NCBI GenBank assembly: GCA_008690995.1
Contig: VRMN01000012.1
Span: forward strand, 372,001-419,514
Origin: Porphyridium purpureum
Lineage: Eukaryota
DNA length: 47,514 nucleotides
Direction: 5' to 3'
Each line of letters starts with the position of its first letter. Position 1 is the stretch's first letter. The notes below the pieces were generated by a model, which had not been told where the DNA came from, ran no database searches, and saw only the letters and a program-made list of their open reading frames with translations. Positions 43,802-47,514 of this stretch are shown in pieces. The position numbers and the translations under genes are program-made.

Positions 43802-45829
43802 CTACTTCCACTCCGCCGCGTCAGGTCCGCCCGGCCATGTGCCAAGCTCGGGGAAAAGCCGCACAATCTCTCTCATACTTCTTCGCTTGCTAGGTTGCTT
43901 CCGGAACCACAACCACTTCTCCAAGTTCGACACCGCGTGATATTCTAAAAGTAGCGCGCAAGCACGCTCGGCACGCTCCGCGTCACCGCCAAGGATGCCC
44001 AACAAATACTCCTCAAACCCTTCGCACGACTTTCGCCCCGCCACCCACTTTTCAATTTTCTTCTTGTCCGGGAATGACAGCTGCACAAACTCTTGAAACT
44101 CTTTCATGTCGTGCAGTGCTTCCCCGGTAACCTTGCGCTCCCAAACATCCCGAACAGATGCGGCGTCAACCCGCAGGAGCTCCTCAAGTACTCGAGCCAG
44201 CTGCTCACAAGTCAGGTCATCCAGCGCAGTTTCCGCAAGTACACTATTCATGTCGTCGCCTGGGAACGGACCCACGGGCTCTGGCAGAGGCGTTGTAGCC
44301 TCGACTTCGATGTTTGCGATCAGTTCCATATCACCATTCGCCGCCTCGTCCAAGTCCAGCTTCATTCCCTTCTGGGCCATCGCCACCAGCCGCAACGCAG
44401 TCTTGAACCGCCCCGTATCGAGCGACGAAAACGTCCCTTGGCTAGTTGCAATTCCCCAGATCTCATTCAGTACGCGGTTCCGCAGTCCAGACTTGGACAG
44501 AAAAACAACCGCTTTCTGCACGTCCACTTCATCGCTTCCGTTTGTGCAGACCAGCTCACAGTACTCCTCGTGCCGCGTCGTCTCCAACGGTGTACGCGCG
44601 CCAATGGGTAACGGGTTCGACCCCGGTATGTCTAGCTTGGCCCGCAGCGAGTGCGAGCCTTGTTGCGCTCGCGCCAGGCTCGCCTTCTCGCCGTCCTGCA
44701 CCAGCGCAACGAAGCGCAGCGCGAGCACAAAGTCGTTGTAGTTTAGTGCGCGCTTGCCGCGCCCTGTAGCAATCTCCTTCCACATCCGATCCAGCATCGA
44801 GGTCGACAGCTGCGCCTTCGAAAAGAACACCAGCGCCTTCTGAGCGTCCAGAGTTCCGCTCTTATCCGAATCGGCAATCCCCCACAAATTCTGGCAGTAC
44901 TTTTCCTCGTCAGCTGCACTAGACATGCTTTCGAGGCCGCACTGTAGGTCGCTTGTGTCCCACATCTTGACCGTCTTGTCATCGCAGCTGGACGCCATGA
45001 ACCGGCCATCGGGCGAGAAACGCACTGCGGTCACCTTTTCTGAATGTTCCTGCAGATTGCGGACGCACGAGCCGGTGTCTGCGTCCCAAACCATGACCGT
45101 TTGGTCCCAGCTGCCGGACGCGATGAACCGGCCATCGGGCGAAAAGCGCACAGCGTACACACCATGTTGGTGCCCAGTCATGGTGCGCACGCACGCGCCG
45201 GTCTGCACATCCCATACTTTGATCAAGCAGTCGTCGCTGGCAGACGCGATGAACCAGCCATCGGGCGAGAAGTCCACCGCCCACACCTTATCTAAGTGTT
45301 CCGTCAAAGTGCGGACACACGAGCCGGTGTCTGTGTCCCACACCATGACCGTTTGGTCCCAGCTGCCGGACACAATGTACCGGCCATCGGGCGAAAAGCG
45401 AACCGCGTACACACCATGTTGGTGCCCAGTCATGGTGCCAACGCACGCGCAGGTCTGCAAATCCCATATCTTAATCGAGCGGTCATCGCTGCCAGACGTA
45501 AGGAGCTTGCCATCTGGCGAAAAGTCCAGCGTCCACACAGGATCTGAGTGCCCCGTTAAAGTGCTGATACGCGCGCCGGTGTGTGCGTCCCACACCATGA
45601 CCGTTTGGTCCCAGCTGCCAGACGCGATGAAGCGGCCATCGGGCGAGAAGCGCACCGCGTACACACCATGTGCGTGCCCCGCCATGGTGCGCACGCACAC
45701 GCCGGAACGCGCGTCCCACATCTTGATCGTCCTGTCATCGCTGCCGGACGCGATGAGCCTACCAACGGAGGAGAAGTCCACCGTCCACACCTTATCTGCG
45801 TGCTCCGTCAGATTCAACACAGCCGCCAT
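43802..45829 (-). CDS. WD40-repeat / EH / EH / SAM-like protein, paralog B
   Basis: Seven WD40 repeats followed by the same EH-EH-SAM-like C-terminus as 39784-41730. First ATG at 45829. Confidence 0.9.
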   Translation of the reverse strand: MAAVLNLTEHADKVWTVDFSSVGRLIASGSDDRTIKMWDARSGVCVRTMAGHAHGVYAVRFSPDGRFIASGSWDQTVMVWDAHTGARISTLTGHSDPVWTLDFSPDGKLLTSGSDDRSIKIWDLQTCACVGTMTGHQHGVYAVRFSPDGRYIVSGSWDQTVMVWDTDTGSCVRTLTEHLDKVWAVDFSPDGWFIASASDDCLIKVWDVQTGACVRTMTGHQHGVYAVRFSPDGRFIASGSWDQTVMVWDADTGSCVRNLQEHSEKVTAVRFSPDGRFMASSCDDKTVKMWDTSDLQCGLESMSSAADEEKYCQNLWGIADSDKSGTLDAQKALVFFSKAQLSTSMLDRMWKEIATGRGKRALNYNDFVLALRFVALVQDGEKASLARAQQGSHSLRAKLDIPGSNPLPIGARTPLETTRHEEYCELVCTNGSDEVDVQKAVVFLSKSGLRNRVLNEIWGIATSQGTFSSLDTGRFKTALRLVAMAQKGMKLDLDEAANGDMELIANIEVEATTPLPEPVGPFPGDDMNSVLAETALDDLTCEQLARVLEELLRVDAASVRDVWERKVTGEALHDMKEFQEFVQLSFPDKKKIEKWVAGRKSCEGFEEYLLGILGGDAERAERACALLLEYHAVSNLEKWLWFRKQPSKRRSMREIVRLFPELGTWPGGPDAAEWK

Positions 45830-45959
45830 TGCAGCTCGTGGCCCCTCCTTCCACCGACTGTCCACACCGCACGCTTCTCACTACCTGCACACGCGCGCCA
45901 CACACAACCTCACTCCGACTTTCGACCCCGTCTTCACGAACATAGGCGTCCAGCCGATC

Positions 45960-46321
45960 TGAGCTGTTTCTGTCGAACGTGATAGTGGCGCGAAGCAGTT
46001 CCAGCGCAATACTTTGTCAATCCTGCATTTGGAGCGGACAGCACAGCACAATCCGGAAGGAACAGCTATTTTTGGAAAATAGCTTGGACACGCGTACCCG
46101 TGCACGTGTCGCGTGTCCAACTTCTTTGCACCGTGTCCCCCACCTACAGTGTCGTCCACACCTCCTCGCGTCACGTATAAAGGCGAGTACCTAAAGGCGG
46201 AGGGACTAGACCTTCGCGAGTCGGGACAGGTAGAGTAAATGTTTTGTGTGTAAAAGAATATACATTCTGTGACTTCTGTTGTTCGGGAGAGAACAGATAT
46301 CACCTCACGCTTCCCACCTCA
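45960..46321 (+). mobile_element. Putative 5' LTR (about 362 bp)
   Basis: TGAG...CTCA termini, internal TATAAA near 46176, and a TGG-starting PBS-like sequence right after. The left boundary is inferred because the second LTR is outside the window. Confidence 0.6.
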
Positions 46322-46322
46322 C

Positions 46323-46339
46323 TGGCACGCTTGTCGGGA
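46323..46339 (+). other. Putative tRNA primer-binding site TGGCACGCTTGTCGGGA
   Basis: Starts with TGG (complement of tRNA CCA) 1 nt after the LTR-terminal CA. Confidence 0.6.
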
Positions 46340-46436
46340 GACTGGCAGACCAGGGGTGAGCGGCGGATCATTTACTCTCTGTTGGAAAACAAAAACCGGT
46401 TACCTTTGACATTTCGAAATTGTCAACTTATTCGTG

Positions 46437-47514
46437 ATGGCGTCTGGAACCAGATCACAGCGTGAGACACAGCAGCGTGCTGGCGCCGATGCCATCGGAT
46501 CGGTCGCAAATGCTTGGGAAAGCATGAAGTCAAAGAACGAAGACATGCAAAACCTGCTGGACATGTGTAACGAGTCGACCAACTCGGAGATCGAGATGTT
46601 GATGGTTGAAAGGTCGATTACTCTGCAGCAGCTGAGAAACTTGAGCATTGTGTGCCCCATTCAGTGGCAGCAATACTGCAGGCTTCGCGGTCTTCCAAAT
46701 TTCGAAGCGGGGACTAGAATTGAAGATTCGTTCGAACGCTATTCCCCACAGGCTGAATGCAAGTCAGAGCCAGAAGCAGATCCATACCAAGGCACCGTAG
46801 CAGTTGCAGCACAACCGAGTGACCATAATAAGCTTCAACAGTTTGTTCGGTTGTTTCCAGTCGAAGCACAATTCGACGGGTCTGACACAGGAGTCCCTTT
46901 CACTGTGTGGAGTCGAAAAGTATTCAATGGTATGAAAATGATGAACATCGACGAAAATACAACCCTGAGAGCGTTGCCGCTCATTGTGAAGGGGGCAGCT
47001 GAAACGTGTATTGCTGCAAACCGCAAAGAGAGATTGCATGCGGCTCTGGAACACCTGAGGAAAGAATTCGACACAGAAGAAGTTCGTTTGATGAGAATGT
47101 TGGAGCTCCGCACGAAGAACTTCGACTCTTATCTTAAGAGACATATTGATGTTGGCTCGGCATTTGATAGCTTGGTTCGCGACGTCACCGATGTAGCGAC
47201 TCGCGTAGGTCCTCCCCATGACACTCCAGACTGTATCGCCAGCTTTGTGATACAAACCATGCTTAATACTAGCCACGGCGAACTCATCGCGGCAGCCGTC
47301 ACAAAGAACTCGGACGCCGGCTCTCTGGCACGGGTCCGATTTGTGCTCGTAACGCAGGAGAAAAGAAAAGAGCGAACTGTTCTATTCCAAGACGAACACA
47401 CCGCAAAGGTGTCACAGTCGCCACATGGGTTGAAGAAGCAGAAAAGCTTTGGGAAGAAATTGCATTGTACCCATTGTGGAAAAACAGGGCACGATAAAGG
47501 AAAGTGCTGGGCTT
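46437..47514 (+). CDS. gag: LTR-retrotransposon Gag (open to the window end)
   Basis: Hand translation from ATG 46437 (MASGTRSQRE...) has no stop to the end. It includes FDGSDTGVPFTVWSRKV and a CX2CX4HX4C knuckle, CTHCGKTGHDKGKCW, at 47466. It is absent from the ORF track because it lacks a stop. Confidence 0.85.
   Translation, partial: MASGTRSQRETQQRAGADAIGSVANAWESMKSKNEDMQNLLDMCNESTNSEIEMLMVERSITLQQLRNLSIVCPIQWQQYCRLRGLPNFEAGTRIEDSFERYSPQAECKSEPEADPYQGTVAVAAQPSDHNKLQQFVRLFPVEAQFDGSDTGVPFTVWSRKVFNGMKMMNIDENTTLRALPLIVKGAAETCIAANRKERLHAALEHLRKEFDTEEVRLMRMLELRTKNFDSYLKRHIDVGSAFDSLVRDVTDVATRVGPPHDTPDCIASFVIQTMLNTSHGELIAAAVTKNSDAGSLARVRFVLVTQEKRKERTVLFQDEHTAKVSQSPHGLKKQKSFGKKLHCTHCGKTGHDKGKCWA

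Noticed and set aside
46764..47276. 170-aa minus-strand ORF
   Set aside because: Antisense to the open gag frame on the plus strand.

Overview
Eukaryotic, GC-rich, apparently intron-less nuclear DNA. A plastid-type MVAFV presequence, a divergent 5S rRNA and compact genes fit a unicellular red alga such as Porphyridium (inference). Main contents: (i) a WD40 / PE-repeat / EH-like gene, a decayed pogo-like transposase and a small membrane-protein gene. (ii) A 20.7-kb array of four near-identical ~4.93-kb units (4312-25054), each carrying a secreted Cys-rich/polyproline protein gene and a PDZ gene. The units are joined by three identical 337-bp junctions that are diverged, GC-shifted chimeras of the two outer flanks and frameshift the PDZ targeting peptide. 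(iii) A housekeeping block: PNPOx-like protein, bacterial-type SerC, NDUFA13, Mpr1/Spt10-like GNAT, PDH E1-alpha. (iv) Two identical 5S rRNA genes 2140 bp apart. (v) Two tandem paralogs with an unusual WD40-EH-EH-SAM-like architecture and DNA-level homogenised WD40 repeats. (vi) The 5' LTR, PBS and gag of an LTR retrotransposon running off the window end. Some stretches (36.6-37.4 kb, 41.7-42.2 kb) look frameshifted and may be uncorrected long-read error.
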